Sequence record: MK250016.1
Length of the DNA: 32,000 nt
Strand: one strand, 5' to 3'
Source of the DNA: Prevotella phage Lak-A1
The notes under the pieces: generated by a model
Databases searched by the model: none
The model's input: only the letters and a program-made list of their open reading frames with translations
Told to the model about the DNA's origin: nothing
Position numbers and translations under genes: made by a program
Shown: positions 30,477-32,000 of the stretch, piece by piece
How positions within the stretch are numbered: position 1 is the first letter of the stretch
Layout: each line of letters starts with the position of its first letter

Positions 30477-32000
30477 TTAATTTTGATTATTTTTTGAGTT
30501 ATTCAATATATTTAATAACTACGCATATGTATATAATGTTTCTTGCTCTTCTTGCTGTTTCTTTAATTCATCTGAAGATTCTTTTGTAATAGGATATTTA
30601 TCAGTATATAGTTTTATAAGGTAGAATATCTGTTTATAATAAAGCATTACAGCTAGCAAATTTGGATATTGAACTGTCAAAAATTCCTATATAGACTTAT
30701 ACATACAACTATTACCATTATCACCTGTAATTGAACGAATACGTGATTCTATTCTATCATCTAAATCATCTGCATATCGTGCCCATATATTTTGAAGACT
30801 TGTCGCACGAACAGGATGTTTAGACAGTGCAGCTTTAAACTTATCACCTAATGTTGACTATGCAGACTATGATGTTCTGCATATTAATCCTATTTTTTCA
30901 GTAATTTCTTTATCTGCTGCTTCTTTTAATTTTTTCATTCGTTCACGAGCATTTTTAATTATATACCATTCTTCTGGATTACCATAACTTGTAATAATTC
31001 CTGTAATTTCTCTTGTTAAATTGTCCTTAACAAACTTGTATGTTTGCTCATTTCCGTCTTCTAACTATTTAATAATTTCATCACTATTTTTAATTTGCTC
31101 ATTTTCAAATAGAGAATTATATGCATAACTATACTTATCATTATAAGTAAATACTGATACTGATTCATCCTTTAAGTTTAAAGAATATGCTACTTTTTGT
31201 AACTCGTCATATTTACTATATGGTGTATATTTTGCAATTATAAGGTCTAAATCTTTATTACGTGAATCTGTATCTTGTATTTTAGAAGTTACACGGTCTT
31301 TAAATTCTTTTAATTTTTTCTTATCTGTTATACCTAATTTCTATATAAACTTATCAGATGATGTCCATGATAGAATTTTGCTTGATCTTCTTGCAGTTTC
31401 ACTAAATTCTCGCCAACCATTTAAATCCTTTTGATATTCATTATCCATAATTTGTTTTAATACTGCATCTTCTTTCTTCATATACTTATCCATATTACCT
31501 TCGGATGCATTATTCATATCAGATACTTTCTAAGCGAAATTACTCATCTCTTTAGTACCATTATTACCACAAATTGATTTCATTAATGTTGTTACAATAG
31601 ATATACTACTACGTACATAATTATCAATTGCATCTATTAAATTACCATTAAATGCAGATGCTTCATTTTCTACACGTTTCTTTGTTTCCTAATCTAATTC
31701 ACTTCCTAATACAGAAGTTGGATCTAAATCTCCAGTTAATGGTCCACTTAATGAAACACCTTTTGTTTTATCTAATCCTTCTTCATTCTCAACTTCAAAT
31801 AATGATAATACTTTATTTAAAGATAACATATATGACTCATTTTTTAATGTTTCATATTTTACAATATCATCTAATTTCACATGTTCTTTATTAAAATATT
31901 TAAGTCCTATATCAGAAGCTTTATCCTATATAATTTCCTTTGTAGGTTTCATGAATAATGAACCATTTGGATTTTCATTTGCTTTTGTAGGATAATCAAT
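30477..32000 (-). CDS. hypothetical virion-module protein, partial (runs off window; TAG=Gln)
   Basis: In frame with track ORF 31689-31880. ...GLDKTKGVSLSGPLTGDLDPTSVLGSELDQETKKRVENEASAFNGN...; ends ...NNSKNNQN-TAA. Multiple in-frame TAG. Confidence 0.75.

Noticed and set aside
13244-32000. Many short fragmented ORFs suggesting pseudogenes or a non-coding region
   Set aside because: Fragments lie in the same frames and are interrupted only by TAG. Reading TAG as Gln gives long continuous proteins ending in TAA/TGA.
1-32000. TGA reassignment (code 4 or similar)
   Set aside because: TGA acts as terminator at 5550, 10149 and 24102 with immediate downstream starts, and the phage encodes an RF2, which reads UGA.

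Overview
The window is AT-rich DNA that looks like part of a large tailed phage of a Bacteroidota (Prevotella/Bacteroides-like) host. It probably uses genetic code 15, with TAG read as Gln; a Lak-like or related lineage is an inference. Two blocks are visible. (1) Positions 1-13.2 kb are plus-strand genes readable with the standard code. They include a PspA/IM30-like coiled-coil ORF, a substrate-binding protein fused to an OmpA-like domain, a NitT/TauT-type ABC permease and ATPase, tRNA-Leu(UAA), a TAG-recoded zinc-finger EDxHD/Vsr-like homing endonuclease, and a phage-encoded release factor 2. Five TATCTTTG (Bacteroidota -7-like) promoters also lie in this block. (2) Positions 13.2-32 kb are a structural module whose ORFs are broken in the six-frame track only by TAG. 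Reading TAG as Gln merges the fragments into nine large or medium genes. These include a T4 gp53-like baseplate wedge protein, a neck-like protein, an 862-aa and an 1187-aa virion protein, a SET-domain-like protein, and a 1386-aa protein with two arrays (20 and 18 copies) of exact 42-bp/14-aa tandem repeats. The main leads are the complete phage-borne importer-like operon, the 14-aa repeat protein, the RF2/TAG-recoding architecture (with an SPY instead of SPF motif), the SET-like protein, and a structured intergenic region at 11.2-11.6 kb.
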